Virus record (IMG/VR): IMGVR_UViG_3300020577_005688
Location: 77,351 to 141,350 of that record
Origin: a virus
Lineage: Duplodnaviria > Caudoviricetes
Reading direction: 5' to 3' (one strand)
DNA length: 64,000 nucleotides
Position numbers and translations under genes: made by a program. This document shows, piece after piece, positions 40,728-50,622 of the stretch; position 1 is the first letter of the stretch, and the number at the start of each line of letters is the position of its first letter. The notes under the pieces are model-generated. The model was not told where the DNA came from, did not search any database, and worked only from the letters and a program-made list of their open reading frames with translations.

Positions 40728-42041
40728 TTAACCAACGACTGGAACTGGGGATACAGCTCTGATTGCCTCAAGAGGGGAGGTGTTCACGACACTGAGAGTT
40801 GTGTTTGCTGCTTGAGCCGTTTGCCAGACGGCAGAGCTTCCAACTGGAATGAGGCCAACTCCGTTTCGAATGATGAAACTCGAAACAAGAGCTTCGCTCT
40901 CTGAAGGAATGCTAAATCCTGCACGAGCCCAGGAGACCCGAGCCTGGTTAACCAAGTCTTGGTTTCTCTTTTGAGTGAGAGTTGGGTCCTCGTAGAGAAC
41001 GTTCGAAACGAATGATGAGCCGTACTGAGAAGACGAGCCAACGAACTCATCTACGTTTTGATTGAACTCAGAATAACGAAGAACTCCATACCATGCTTGA
41101 GGAGTTTGTTTTGAGCGCACAACATCTGCTGCATCGTAAGCGAATGCACCAGCAAATCCAACCGGCACTCGAAGAATGTCCCCACGAGCAAGATTCGAGA
41201 GAGTCTGAGCGGCTGAGTTGGCGATGTCTTGAGCTCTCTGCCAGGTTTGCTGTACAGCTTGAAGACCCGCAGTCAGTCCGTCAAAGAGAGAGGGCGGGTT
41301 TCTGATCTGTTCCGGGGTCTTCGTGTCTCCAGTTGAGGTGAGAGTCGGAGTCTGGACAATCTCTCCGATCGCATCCAACTGCTGCCTATCTCCACGTGTG
41401 ATGTATCTGTCTTCAATTGACGTCCCATCGCCGAGATTGGAGAACGATGAGTAACCAGTAAGGAACATCGTAAATTGAAAATTGACGAAGTTCTTATCGT
41501 TTGAATTCTTCGATGCAGAACTCGCGATGATGTACCCACTGACAAGGGTTTGATCGAAAGCGATGTATACCCGAGCCTCATTCTCGACACACTTCGTTCC
41601 TCGGAGATAGTTCTCATAGTTATCCCACCACTCGGCTTCCCAGTTGAAGTCGAAGGTGTTGAGGAGAACTCCTCCAAACGTCACCATTCTAGGACGCTCG
41701 CCGAAGAGGAAGATGTAAGGCTCTCCGAAGGTCTCTAGAATCTGTTGCTTCTCCATTCTCTCTTCAGAAACCTGTTGAAGTAGGAAATTGGAGTACACGT
41801 CTGTCTGGCGAGCCGTTCGAGATCCCTGAGAACCTGCGGCGTCTGTGAGCAAGATTGTACGACCATCTCCACGAACTACTCTCATGGTTGCGTAGGTGTC
41901 TTCTTTGATGGTAATTCCACGAGTCGGACGTCGGACGCTCTTCGACGTAAGTCCCGCTCCAGGAGACTTTGCAGTCGAGAGTTGAGAGTCGAATTGCTGA
42001 CGCTGTCGGTCTGGGATGACTTGAAGGGTTACGAGACTCAC
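40728..42041 (-). CDS. tail tube initiator/baseplate-associated protein
   Basis: FLLQQVSEERMEK.QI.ETFG..YIFLFGERP motif; downstream of the TMP. Confidence 0.55.
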   Translation of the reverse strand: MSLVTLQVIPDRQRQQFDSQLSTAKSPGAGLTSKSVRRPTRGITIKEDTYATMRVVRGDGRTILLTDAAGSQGSRTARQTDVYSNFLLQQVSEERMEKQQILETFGEPYIFLFGERPRMVTFGGVLLNTFDFNWEAEWWDNYENYLRGTKCVENEARVYIAFDQTLVSGYIIASSASKNSNDKNFVNFQFTMFLTGYSSFSNLGDGTSIEDRYITRGDRQQLDAIGEIVQTPTLTSTGDTKTPEQIRNPPSLFDGLTAGLQAVQQTWQRAQDIANSAAQTLSNLARGDILRVPVGFAGAFAYDAADVVRSKQTPQAWYGVLRYSEFNQNVDEFVGSSSQYGSSFVSNVLYEDPTLTQKRNQDLVNQARVSWARAGFSIPSESEALVSSFIIRNGVGLIPVGSSAVWQTAQAANTTLSVVNTSPLEAIRAVSPVPVVG

Positions 42042-42247
42042 AGTTCAATCCCCAATCGAATGAGATAATCCCTCAGAGACCTCTGAACTCGTCTGTCTGT
42101 CAATTCTTTACCAGATTCAATCGACGAAGCTTGGACTCTTGCTTCTGTATTGATGACATCATCAATTGTTGGGTTGTTGATGAGTTTGATGATGACAGGC
42201 TTTCCTTCGACATTGAAGCGACTCTCGATTTCATCTCGAACACTCAT
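42038..42247 (-). CDS. hypothetical protein
   Basis: Coupled 69-aa ORF after the TMP. Confidence 0.55.
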   Translation of the reverse strand: MSVRDEIESRFNVEGKPVIIKLINNPTIDDVINTEARVQASSIESGKELTDRRVQRSLRDYLIRLGIEL

Positions 42248-45200
42248 GTCTTTGTCTCCCCTGGGAGTGCTGTCTGTCCTCCCTTACCTGCACTGTCACT
42301 CTCTCCAGAACCGCCCCACGGAAACCAACCTTTTTTCTCCGTTGCAAGTTTAGTATCCAGACTGCGGAGAATCTTATTTTGCTCTGTAAGAGTATCGATG
42401 AGCGTGTCATCTTTGCTCTTTGCCTTAGAACCGGAAGCTCCTGCTTGCGTTGTAGACAGGGCCTTACTTGCACCGGTCTGTTTAGAGAGTTTCTCAATCG
42501 CAGACTCAGATAGTTTGCCCCCAGCTTTGAAGTCTGTAGAGAAGACATCATTGGTGCTGACGCCGAATTCTTTTGCAACCTCTTCCGCAGAAGAGAAGCT
42601 CTTAGAGGATAGTCTCTTTCTACGTTCATCCTCTGCAGCCGCCGCGATTGCTGTATCCCCACCCGCTTCGATAGCTGCTTCCCTATCTTTCTTACTGAGA
42701 CCTCTAAAAGACTTAGAGTACTTAGAAAATGCGCCTGAGAATTTCTCAATAACTTCGTCTCTCTTTTTCACATCTGAGCCGGCCGCCACTAGTTCAGACC
42801 TATAATCTGCCATGGCCTTACCGAATTCTCTCTGAGCATCCCCATTCGGACCTTCTGCTGCGTTGTCGATCAAGGTCTGGCCTTGAGACGTCACGTTCTT
42901 GAAAAATTCATCTGCAGCAGCCGAGTTAGCATCAGAGGTGTAATTCTCAATTGCTTTTTGGGCTGCTGCGACCTTCTTCTCATTACTTGGATCAAATCCT
43001 TTTGTCGCTTCAGCCAGACTCTTGACCTCACTCTCTGATAGTTTCTCACCTGGCTTTAGCTTCGAGTTAATGAGCTTTCTTGCTCCAGAGTAATCTCCGG
43101 TCTCAATGGCATCTCTTAGAGCCACAGCGATGCTTGAGTCTTTGATTACCTCTCCAAACGCTTTGGCATGCTTTGAGGAAGACTTAACAAAAGAAGACGC
43201 TCCCTCTCCAAGAACAGTACCAAGCTCTTCAGTTGATGCTTTGAGAGATTTCTGAATTTCTACGCTCGACCTAGATCCGGCAACCGAACCAATGAGATTA
43301 CCGGCCCCAGAAGCAGCCGCCATCTGAGCAAAGACATTCTTACCTGTTGGATCGTTCGACGCGTCTTGATAAGACCGTAGGAGATCCTTCTCACTATCAG
43401 AGAGGTTGTTCGCGCTCATCTGGCCTTCGAGAGTTTCCCTACTGATGTTCTTGATTCTTGTTGGGTCTCTGAATCCACTCTTCTCTGCCGCAGATTGGAC
43501 TTTCTTCTCCATTCCTCTTGAGATGATGTCTACCTTTTGAGCTGCACTCTTTCCTGTCATATCTGACCCGGATAGGACAGATGCGAGAGCTGCCTCTGCG
43601 CCCTTTCCTGCTACATTCCCAGATCTGAGTTTTGCGGCCATCGCAGCTTGCCCAGAAGCGGAGTCAGTTCCGTAGAGGCGAGATGCGAACTCTGCCTCCT
43701 GACCCTCAGTCATTCCCCCAGTGAGGCCAGTCGTAAACCTTGCAAGAGCAGAATCCGAACCTCCAAACTCACGAACAAAAGAACGAGCGCCACTAAGAAG
43801 TCCAGCACCTCCAAAGAGAGTGTCTTTACCAACTCTGAGAAGCCTATCTCCAGTAGATGCTGAGGAGCGGGAAGAGGTCTTCATCAGACCGGCGATGAGT
43901 TCCTTCGACTGAGCAGAATTTGAACCTGAGAATGCCTTTGAGATTGCAGAAGCTCGTTCTTCTGTAAGAGTCGAGACCTCTCTCCCAACCAAGTCGTCAA
44001 AGAATGAATCTACACTCTTTGCGATTGAGTTTTGAATCTCCGCGCCTGCTTGTTCTAGTTTTCCAATCGTTGCGCCGTGGAGCCGTGTCTTGATCTTCTG
44101 CATGATTGCAGATGGATCTGTCCGTTCACGCTGGGAGGCCTGCCTCTGCCTCATCTTGGCAAAAGACGCAGCTTCCGAACCTCCTAGATTTCCTTGCATT
44201 CCCTCAGCAATATCAATCTCACCAGCGCTCATATTGGTCAATCGTTGCATGACCAAATTCGTGCCGTCATTATCTCCTCGAAGACCGAGAGCGCCCTTCA
44301 TCATTGTGAAGGCACCACCAGGCCCAATCTGACCAGCGAGGGATGCAACGAGGTCAGATTGGCGAGCAGTGAATGATTTCTTCTGGGCATCCGTAAGTTG
44401 AGAAGCCTTTGCTTTCAGTTCATCGATGCTCAGCTCGCCTGCGTTGAATCTCTTGGAAAGAGACTCGTCAACACCAATTGCACGACCAGACTCGTCGTAC
44501 TTCATCATTCCTGCCATCGCGAGACGACCGGCCGAGGTCTGACCAAACCTCATCATGCCGCCAAACATCTTCTGGGCCAGCGCCATTTGCGCGTCTGCAC
44601 CTTGAAGGCCTGTTACATCTTCAACTGCCCCTTCACGGAGCCTCCCAGACATCTGAGCCAGGCCGATGCTTTGTGCAATGTTGGTAACTGCTGTTGCACC
44701 GAGACCACGGCGAGCCCCAAATGACATTGCCATGTCTGCGCCTGCTTGCTGCAGACCGGCAACTTGCCCAACCGACGCACCAGTTACTGAGGAAGTAAAC
44801 TGAGCACTGACCGCGTTCTTGAGCTGGGCTCCTCTGTTGTAGAACCCAGAGCTCCGACTTGCTGAGAAGAACTGTTCTGCCTCTTCCATCGTCGTGCCGA
44901 GAACCTTCGACATGTCTTTGATGGTAGTGAGGGCCTCCCTGAATCGAGACTGGAACTCAGAGGCATTCTTTACTCCCTGCATTACTCCAGAGCTCTTCAT
45001 CCTCGACATTACGCCCTGAAGCTCTTCAAACGACGTCATCAGCTCCGGAATGTGCGAGAGAGAACGCGTCATGTCTCCGATTGACTTTGCATCGTCTCTA
45101 GAGAATCCAGCCCCAGTTCGAGACGACATGTTGGCAAAGTTGTACTGAGACCCGAGCATCGTATTCATGGAGGCTTGCTGATGAGCGCCCCCCATGACTG

Positions 45201-45570
45201 CACCAATGCTCGCCTGTCCGAGCATTGCACCAGCCGCGATTGGGAGTCCAAATCCGGACCCCGCAAGAGCCATCATCCCAAGGCCGCCGCCAATTCCCAA
45301 ACCTGCATGCATCGCGGCACCACCGGCAGACATGATACCACCAGCAATGGCATTCCCAGCTCCGTAGCCCATCATTCCAGAGGGGGCGTAGTTGAAGCCG
45401 CCGCCACTTCCTCTTGGAGGTCCTCCCATTCCGTACCCTCCCAGACCACCAGGAGTCGTCGTCATCGACGGTGGAACTGGAACTCCGATGGATTGGGAAA
45501 ATTGGGCCTGCCCCAAGAACATCTGGTTCTGTTGGGCAAACATTGAAGCGATTTCGTAGCTCGTTGGCAT
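42244..45570 (-). CDS. tail tape measure protein
   Basis: 1108 aa, Ala/Gly/Ser/Met-rich helical protein with a Gly-rich hydrophobic segment; heads the baseplate operon. Confidence 0.75.
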   Translation of the reverse strand: MPTSYEIASMFAQQNQMFLGQAQFSQSIGVPVPPSMTTTPGGLGGYGMGGPPRGSGGGFNYAPSGMMGYGAGNAIAGGIMSAGGAAMHAGLGIGGGLGMMALAGSGFGLPIAAGAMLGQASIGAVMGGAHQQASMNTMLGSQYNFANMSSRTGAGFSRDDAKSIGDMTRSLSHIPELMTSFEELQGVMSRMKSSGVMQGVKNASEFQSRFREALTTIKDMSKVLGTTMEEAEQFFSASRSSGFYNRGAQLKNAVSAQFTSSVTGASVGQVAGLQQAGADMAMSFGARRGLGATAVTNIAQSIGLAQMSGRLREGAVEDVTGLQGADAQMALAQKMFGGMMRFGQTSAGRLAMAGMMKYDESGRAIGVDESLSKRFNAGELSIDELKAKASQLTDAQKKSFTARQSDLVASLAGQIGPGGAFTMMKGALGLRGDNDGTNLVMQRLTNMSAGEIDIAEGMQGNLGGSEAASFAKMRQRQASQRERTDPSAIMQKIKTRLHGATIGKLEQAGAEIQNSIAKSVDSFFDDLVGREVSTLTEERASAISKAFSGSNSAQSKELIAGLMKTSSRSSASTGDRLLRVGKDTLFGGAGLLSGARSFVREFGGSDSALARFTTGLTGGMTEGQEAEFASRLYGTDSASGQAAMAAKLRSGNVAGKGAEAALASVLSGSDMTGKSAAQKVDIISRGMEKKVQSAAEKSGFRDPTRIKNISRETLEGQMSANNLSDSEKDLLRSYQDASNDPTGKNVFAQMAAASGAGNLIGSVAGSRSSVEIQKSLKASTEELGTVLGEGASSFVKSSSKHAKAFGEVIKDSSIAVALRDAIETGDYSGARKLINSKLKPGEKLSESEVKSLAEATKGFDPSNEKKVAAAQKAIENYTSDANSAAADEFFKNVTSQGQTLIDNAAEGPNGDAQREFGKAMADYRSELVAAGSDVKKRDEVIEKFSGAFSKYSKSFRGLSKKDREAAIEAGGDTAIAAAAEDERRKRLSSKSFSSAEEVAKEFGVSTNDVFSTDFKAGGKLSESAIEKLSKQTGASKALSTTQAGASGSKAKSKDDTLIDTLTEQNKILRSLDTKLATEKKGWFPWGGSGESDSAGKGGQTALPGETKT

Positions 45571-45639
45571 TCACGAAACCTTGGAAAGGGGTCGAGGGAA
45601 CAGTATCACCTGGACGGTAGCAACTCCAGGGATGGGGAG

Positions 45640-45647
45640 GGCATAAG
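45640..45647 (+). promoter_or_regulatory. GGNATAAG candidate phage promoter element (also 8232, 48482, 50907, 62347)
   Basis: Same 8-mer in four intergenic regions about 45-65 nt upstream of + strand starts. Confidence 0.45.
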
Positions 45648-45685
45648 ACTATAGTGCAATCTACCTGTTTCCATAGGGGTTTTTC

Positions 45686-46120
45686 ATGGTTTCTTTGCTC
45701 GGTGCCCTAGGCATTGTCTACGGGTCGACTTGGTTCATCAGACAGACTCCCAAGCTCCTTACAATGACGACGGGATTCCTCTTGGTGAGAGAGAAGGAGA
45801 AAACGAAGCATTACGAAAGAATGGCAAGACTCGGGTTCGACATCATCAGAGACAGGTCCGTCCTCTCCAACCAAGAAGATGAAGTCGAATTCAAGGTGAT
45901 TGATTTCAGGGCTGGGTCGCTCCACCGCCGACTTCGTTTCTTGGAGAAAGAAGTGCTGTTTCTCAAAGAAGATGAAATCTTCATCCTCGACAAGGCAATG
46001 CGTGAGATAGAGCAAGGAGGAGTCATCCCTGGAGATGAATTCACGAGGCTTATCTCCATCAGTAAAGAACGCCTTGCCGATGAGGAGTTCATGAAAAGCT
46101 TCGAACCAAAACGAAGCTGA
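45686..46120 (+). CDS. hypothetical protein with N-terminal TM segment
   Basis: 144-aa ORF followed by a terminator. Confidence 0.65.
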   Translation: MVSLLGALGIVYGSTWFIRQTPKLLTMTTGFLLVREKEKTKHYERMARLGFDIIRDRSVLSNQEDEVEFKVIDFRAGSLHRRLRFLEKEVLFLKEDEIFILDKAMREIEQGGVIPGDEFTRLISISKERLADEEFMKSFEPKRS

Positions 46121-46172
46121 GTTTCGGTACAAGTGAAGCTACCAGGCCTCACTTGTATCTTTGATGAACGAG

Positions 46173-46194
46173 GAGCGGCAGCCCCGCTCTTTTT
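46173..46194 (+). terminator. intrinsic terminator
   Basis: GAGCGG-loop-CCGCTC followed by TTTTT. Confidence 0.7.
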
Positions 46195-46229
46195 ACATCG
46201 CAGACTTACGAGCCTGCAGCAGTAGAAAG

Positions 46230-46258
46230 TTGTCACGGGTCGACCGCAGCCCTATAAC
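46230..46258 (+). promoter_or_regulatory. sigma70-type promoter of nrdJ
   Basis: TTGTCA-17 nt-TATAAC. Confidence 0.6.
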
Positions 46259-46434
46259 GCTTGGACGGCCACGCCCTGCAAGGCGTGACTGGTGACTAGG
46301 GACATTCATCGTGCCGACACCGCAGCCCAATCAATCAAAGGGCAGAAGTACAAACCAACACCCACAGTAAAACCTCAGTAAACGTGTGTCCCGACACGTT
46401 TAAGGGGGTTTTGTCGTCTCAAGGAGCTGGGAAT

Positions 46435-48474
46435 ATGAGCAAGAGCCTCTCACCAGAAACAATCTCGAAGTACGCAGTAAAGTGGGGTCCTATCGGGGAA
46501 CCCGTCTACAAACGGTCATACAGCAGAGTGAAGGAGGACGGCTCAAAGGAAACCTACCCTGAGACTGTCGTCCGAGCAGTTGATGGAAATATCGGACTCG
46601 TCGATAAGAAGTTCATCGAAGAAGGAGAGCGAGAGAAGCTCATCGAACTTCTCTTGGAGTTCGCAGCAATCCCAGCAGGCCGTCATCTTTACGCTTCAGG
46701 GGTAAAGGGCCGACAGTTCCTGTTCAACTGTCATGCGGCTGGATGGGATGCAAAGGCTCCCTGGGACCACTTTGGGTTCCTCTTCGACGAACTCATGCAG
46801 GGCGGTGGAGTCGGTTCAAATTACTCAAATCGATACATGCAATCATTGCCATCGATTGAGAGGTCTGTAGACTTGCACGTCGTCTGCCGCCCGGACCACC
46901 CCAACATTGAGGAGTTCCAGGATCTCCTTTGCCGAGTGACGCAGGGTGACGTCAACGCACACTCAAACGTGTTCAAGGTCCCGGACACTAGGGAGGGATG
47001 GGTCGAGGCCGTCGAGCACATCCTCCGTGCTGCGTGGGGTGAGCACAAGAACGGAGAAGCGAGACTCGTCATTGACGTCTCTGACATCCGTCCTCGTGGG
47101 GAGTTGCTCAAGACTTCTGGTGGCATCGCGTGCGGTCCGGGTCCACTGGTCTCGATGCTCCATGACTTCACGAAACACCTCAACGGCTGCATTGGTCGTA
47201 CTCTCACATCACTCGATGCGATGGTTCTGGACCATGCTCTTGCTTCGTGCGTGATTGCAGGAGGGAAGCGCCGCTCAAGCCGGATGTCAGTGAAGAACTG
47301 GAAGGACAGTGACATCTTCGAGTTCATCAACTGCAAGAGGCAAGACGGAGCGCACTGGAGCACGAACATCTCTGTTGAGGTCGATGACGATTTCATCATT
47401 GCGTACAACATGGGAGATGAGCACGCGAAGTCGGTCATGCGTGCAGTCATTCTCGGAAAACGCAGCAACGGAGAGCCAGGTCTCTGGAACCGCAGCTTGG
47501 CGATGAAGGATGAGCGCGACCCAGAGTTGATGTTCTGCCCAAACCCATGCGGAGAGATTGGGCTTCAGATGTGGGAGAACTGCAACCTCGGCCACATCAA
47601 CCTGCAGTACTACGCCTCGAAGCCAAATCGCGAAGCTGCAGAGGCTTTCCGTCTCATGACTCGTTGGTTGATTCGCGCCACGTTCGGGGACATCCCACAA
47701 CCTCGCCAACGTGAAGTCGTGGACCGCAATCGTCGTATTGGCGTCGGCTTCTTCGGATACCACGGATGGTTGGCTATTCGTGGTCTGAAGTACTCTGAGG
47801 CGTATAAGGACGCTTCTGTTCAGAACGCACTCAACCTGTTCAGGACGACTGTTCAGAACGAAGCTCGTGAGTACTCAGCTGCTCAGGGAATTCCTTGTCC
47901 AGTGAAGAACACGACACTCGCACCGACGGGGACGATTGTGCTGATGCCTGGCGTGTCCGCAAGTGGACAGGCGGTCATTTACAGACACTTCAAGAGGCTG
48001 GTCCGCTACGCAGACACGGACCCCGAACTCGAAGTGAAGAGGAAAGAGGGATACAAAATCTTCAAGGATGATGATGCTCGCAATACTCAGATTGTCGAGT
48101 ATTGGTGCGAGGATCCACTTGTCTCCATCCTGAAGGCGAAGGGCCTGGATGCTGATGACCTTGTTGAGTGCCAGGACGAGTTGAAGTTGGAGGACTCTCT
48201 TGGGACGCAGAAGATGATTCAGTCTTGCTACGCAGACAATGCCATCTCCTTTACCATCAACATGGGAGAGGACAAGATGCCGACAGAGGATGCAATGGAG
48301 AAGGCCTTCTTCGAGGCTCTCCCATTCATCAAAGGAACGACATTCTTCCCAGAAAAGAGCAGGAAGAACGCCCCATACCAGAAGCTCTCTCGTGCAGAGT
48401 GGGACGCGTACACTGGCCGAAAGGAAACCATCCAGGTCGAAGACGAGTGCAAGACGGGATGCCCAGTGCGTTGA
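46435..48474 (+). CDS. nrdJ: class II (adenosylcobalamin-dependent) ribonucleotide reductase
   Basis: PAGRHL, FNC, GGGVG, GG.RRS, NPCGEI..C..NLGH, APTGT, C-terminal CKTGCP; SD AAGGAG; no NrdB partner nearby. Confidence 0.92.
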   Translation: MSKSLSPETISKYAVKWGPIGEPVYKRSYSRVKEDGSKETYPETVVRAVDGNIGLVDKKFIEEGEREKLIELLLEFAAIPAGRHLYASGVKGRQFLFNCHAAGWDAKAPWDHFGFLFDELMQGGGVGSNYSNRYMQSLPSIERSVDLHVVCRPDHPNIEEFQDLLCRVTQGDVNAHSNVFKVPDTREGWVEAVEHILRAAWGEHKNGEARLVIDVSDIRPRGELLKTSGGIACGPGPLVSMLHDFTKHLNGCIGRTLTSLDAMVLDHALASCVIAGGKRRSSRMSVKNWKDSDIFEFINCKRQDGAHWSTNISVEVDDDFIIAYNMGDEHAKSVMRAVILGKRSNGEPGLWNRSLAMKDERDPELMFCPNPCGEIGLQMWENCNLGHINLQYYASKPNREAAEAFRLMTRWLIRATFGDIPQPRQREVVDRNRRIGVGFFGYHGWLAIRGLKYSEAYKDASVQNALNLFRTTVQNEAREYSAAQGIPCPVKNTTLAPTGTIVLMPGVSASGQAVIYRHFKRLVRYADTDPELEVKRKEGYKIFKDDDARNTQIVEYWCEDPLVSILKAKGLDADDLVECQDELKLEDSLGTQKMIQSCYADNAISFTINMGEDKMPTEDAMEKAFFEALPFIKGTTFFPEKSRKNAPYQKLSRAEWDAYTGRKETIQVEDECKTGCPVR

Positions 48475-48545
48475 AATTTGTGGGATAAGAATTTAGACAC
48501 GATGCCAAGGCGCAACTTGCCTTGGCATTTGTGTTTGGAGACTCG

Positions 48546-48803
48546 ATGGCCGCTTCTCAAAATGACATTGAAGGATGGGTTCGAAGCGCTCTCAAGAAAG
48601 GATGTACTCACCTTCTCGTCGTGTGTGACGACTTCGACTACGAGGATTACCCAGTCGAGGTAATGGAAGGGGAGGACATCAGAACCAAAATGGAGGAGTA
48701 CAACTTCAAAAACATGCAACGAATCATGGAGGTGTACTCCATGAAAATGCCAATCGATCTCCAGCTTCTGGAGAGAAAAGCATGGCACCCCGATCACAAG
48801 TGA
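48546..48803 (+). CDS. hypothetical protein
   Basis: SD GGAG; THLLVVCDDFDYEDYPV phage-type motif. Confidence 0.65.
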   Translation: MAASQNDIEGWVRSALKKGCTHLLVVCDDFDYEDYPVEVMEGEDIRTKMEEYNFKNMQRIMEVYSMKMPIDLQLLERKAWHPDHK

Positions 48804-48811
48804 GGACTGAA

Positions 48812-49069
48812 ATGGAACTGATGAGTTCTGAACAGCAGACATTCCGAGGCGAGATCGCCGTCATGGACGGAACCGGTGACTCGAAGTTCATGTGGGACCC
48901 GAAGAACCCTGACGAGGTCGCGGCTGCGAAGGCACAGTTCGATGCGCTGAAGAAGAAGGGATACATCGCATTCACCGTCGACAAGAAGGGAGATAAGGGG
49001 GAGATCATCCGTGAGTTCGATCCAGAGCTCGAAAAGATCATCATGACTCCTCCGATTGCCGGAGGGTGA
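48812..49069 (+). CDS. hypothetical protein ending in IAGG
   Basis: SD GAGG; D.TGD.K..WD...EV..A...F...KGY.AF...FDP...PPIAGG. Confidence 0.7.
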   Translation: MELMSSEQQTFRGEIAVMDGTGDSKFMWDPKNPDEVAAAKAQFDALKKKGYIAFTVDKKGDKGEIIREFDPELEKIIMTPPIAGG

Positions 49070-49070
49070 C

Positions 49071-49979
49071 ATGAGAAGCTCAGGTGCGGAGAGGTTCAAA
49101 CCTTCCATCGGAGAGAGGCTCAGACAGTCCTCAGAAGACAAGAAGTTGAGAGGATCCAGGAGGCCCAAGAAGGAAAAGCCAGAACCACAACCTCCTCAAC
49201 CTGCGCCAATCGGCCCAACTCTCGTCTCAATCACAACCAACAATCCCGACGGATTCTTCAGGCCTGGGGGTGGTATCATCCGAATCAGAACTGCAACAAC
49301 AGACTGTAACAACACCGTCTGGTATCAGTGGACGCAGACTGGTTGCACTGGAGATACGTGGGACCAGTGGCAGTCACTTCCCATCACCCTCACCACAACA
49401 AGCGCTTCTACTGTGTGGGAGTCTTGGGTCGATACAGGCACTGGACGCGGGAATCGGCTTCTCAGACCAGATCCACGACCGATTACACGAGCGGCTCCCA
49501 GACCCGCAATCGAAGTCATCGAAACTGAAGAGGAGAGAAGGAGACGGAACGAGCAGTTCGAGCGCTTCCGCCGTGAGGAAGAAGAGAAGAATCGCAAAAT
49601 CCGTGAGGCGTACGGACGAGCGATGGATCTCCTGAAGAGTTGCTTGAACAATGAACAGCGGGACTCTTTGGAGAAATCGAAGTTCTTCTACGTCACTGCA
49701 CCGTCTGGTCGTAAGTACAGAATCGATGAAGGGACGCACGGAAATCTCAAGGTTGTGAACAAAGAAGGAAGAGTCATCGAAAGACTCTGCGTTCAGCCGA
49801 ATGATGTGCCAGCGGGAGACGCAATGCTGGTACAGAAACTCATGATCGAAACTGCAGAAGACGCTCTCCGGAGACATGCCAACATCACGTTGGAGAATGG
49901 GCAGATGTTGTACGGAGATCGAGCTCTTCTCGACAACCAGAAGCTCGCAGACATCATCCCCATCAGGAGAGCAGGGTGA
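49071..49979 (+). CDS. hypothetical protein
   Basis: SD GGAGG; C-terminal globular domain (F.V...SGR.YRI...LC.QP...P.GD..L.QKL). Confidence 0.7.
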   Translation: MRSSGAERFKPSIGERLRQSSEDKKLRGSRRPKKEKPEPQPPQPAPIGPTLVSITTNNPDGFFRPGGGIIRIRTATTDCNNTVWYQWTQTGCTGDTWDQWQSLPITLTTTSASTVWESWVDTGTGRGNRLLRPDPRPITRAAPRPAIEVIETEEERRRRNEQFERFRREEEEKNRKIREAYGRAMDLLKSCLNNEQRDSLEKSKFFYVTAPSGRKYRIDEGTHGNLKVVNKEGRVIERLCVQPNDVPAGDAMLVQKLMIETAEDALRRHANITLENGQMLYGDRALLDNQKLADIIPIRRAG

Positions 49980-50191
49980 AGACGTTCGGGATGAAGAAAG
50001 CAATCGAAGGAGTCGACAGCGTCGATGTTCCTGTCGGTGAGCAGTGCTTCAACTGTGAGAAGACGCTCACAGTTGAAGACTGTGGCTTCATTCTCCCGTA
50101 CCACTTCGTCGAAAATGACGAACACCTGGTACGGGAGGTTTCGTATCACCGAGCATGTCTCATGAAGAATCTGTTCGGTGAAGATGGGTAG
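49976..50191 (+). CDS. small Zn-binding hypothetical protein
   Basis: CFNC...HRAC; GTGA coupling. Confidence 0.55.
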   Translation: MKTFGMKKAIEGVDSVDVPVGEQCFNCEKTLTVEDCGFILPYHFVENDEHLVREVSYHRACLMKNLFGEDG

Positions 50192-50245
50192 GGGCTCATG
50201 GTAAGCCGCGCAATCTACCTATCTCCACAAATTACATAGACGAAC

Positions 50246-50280
50246 AAAAAGAGCGTCAGGGGCTGCAACCCCTGACGCTC
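50246..50280 (-). terminator. intrinsic terminator (minus strand)
   Basis: 12-bp perfect stem GAGCGTCAGGGG/CCCCTGACGCTC with AAAAA on the + strand left side. Confidence 0.85.
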
Positions 50281-50318
50281 AAGCCCTTTCCGACGGGGAC
50301 GCGTTGGAAGGGTAGCGC

Positions 50319-50621
50319 TTACTTCTTCATTCCAGCATGAGGCTTTGGAGGGCTGAAGTCTGGTGCTGCAGTGACTGGAGGAGCCTCGTTGGCCTGAATT
50401 TTAGGCCCCAGAAGAGAGTTCAATTCTCGTTCCCATTCTTTGACTCGTCCAAGATTGGCCTTCACAGTTTCAAGACATCGGGCGCAGAGGTCAAAGTACG
50501 ACAACTCGTCGCCCAAGAACTTTGAGGTAAAGTCGGGTTCGGACTTCTCTCCGACAGCAGGCTTTAGTTCCTCTCGCCCGCACCTATCACACTTAATCAT
50601 CACGACTTGTTGTCGAGCCAC
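50319..50621 (-). CDS. Zn-ribbon protein resembling an Lsr2-type dimerisation domain
   Basis: GTG start at 50621 with SD AAGGAG; MARQQVVMIKCDRCG...SYFDLCARC. Confidence 0.55.
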   Translation of the reverse strand: MARQQVVMIKCDRCGREELKPAVGEKSEPDFTSKFLGDELSYFDLCARCLETVKANLGRVKEWERELNSLLGPKIQANEAPPVTAAPDFSPPKPHAGMKK

Positions 50622-50622
50622 T

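Noticed and set aside
46260-46434. Cobalamin riboswitch upstream of nrdJ
   Set aside because: Conserved GGGAA / GCCACTG / B12-box elements are not present in the required arrangement.
46435-48474. Inteins or introns in NrdJ, PolA or RecA
   Set aside because: Lengths and motif spacing are ordinary; no C...HN-C/S/T intein boundaries noticed.
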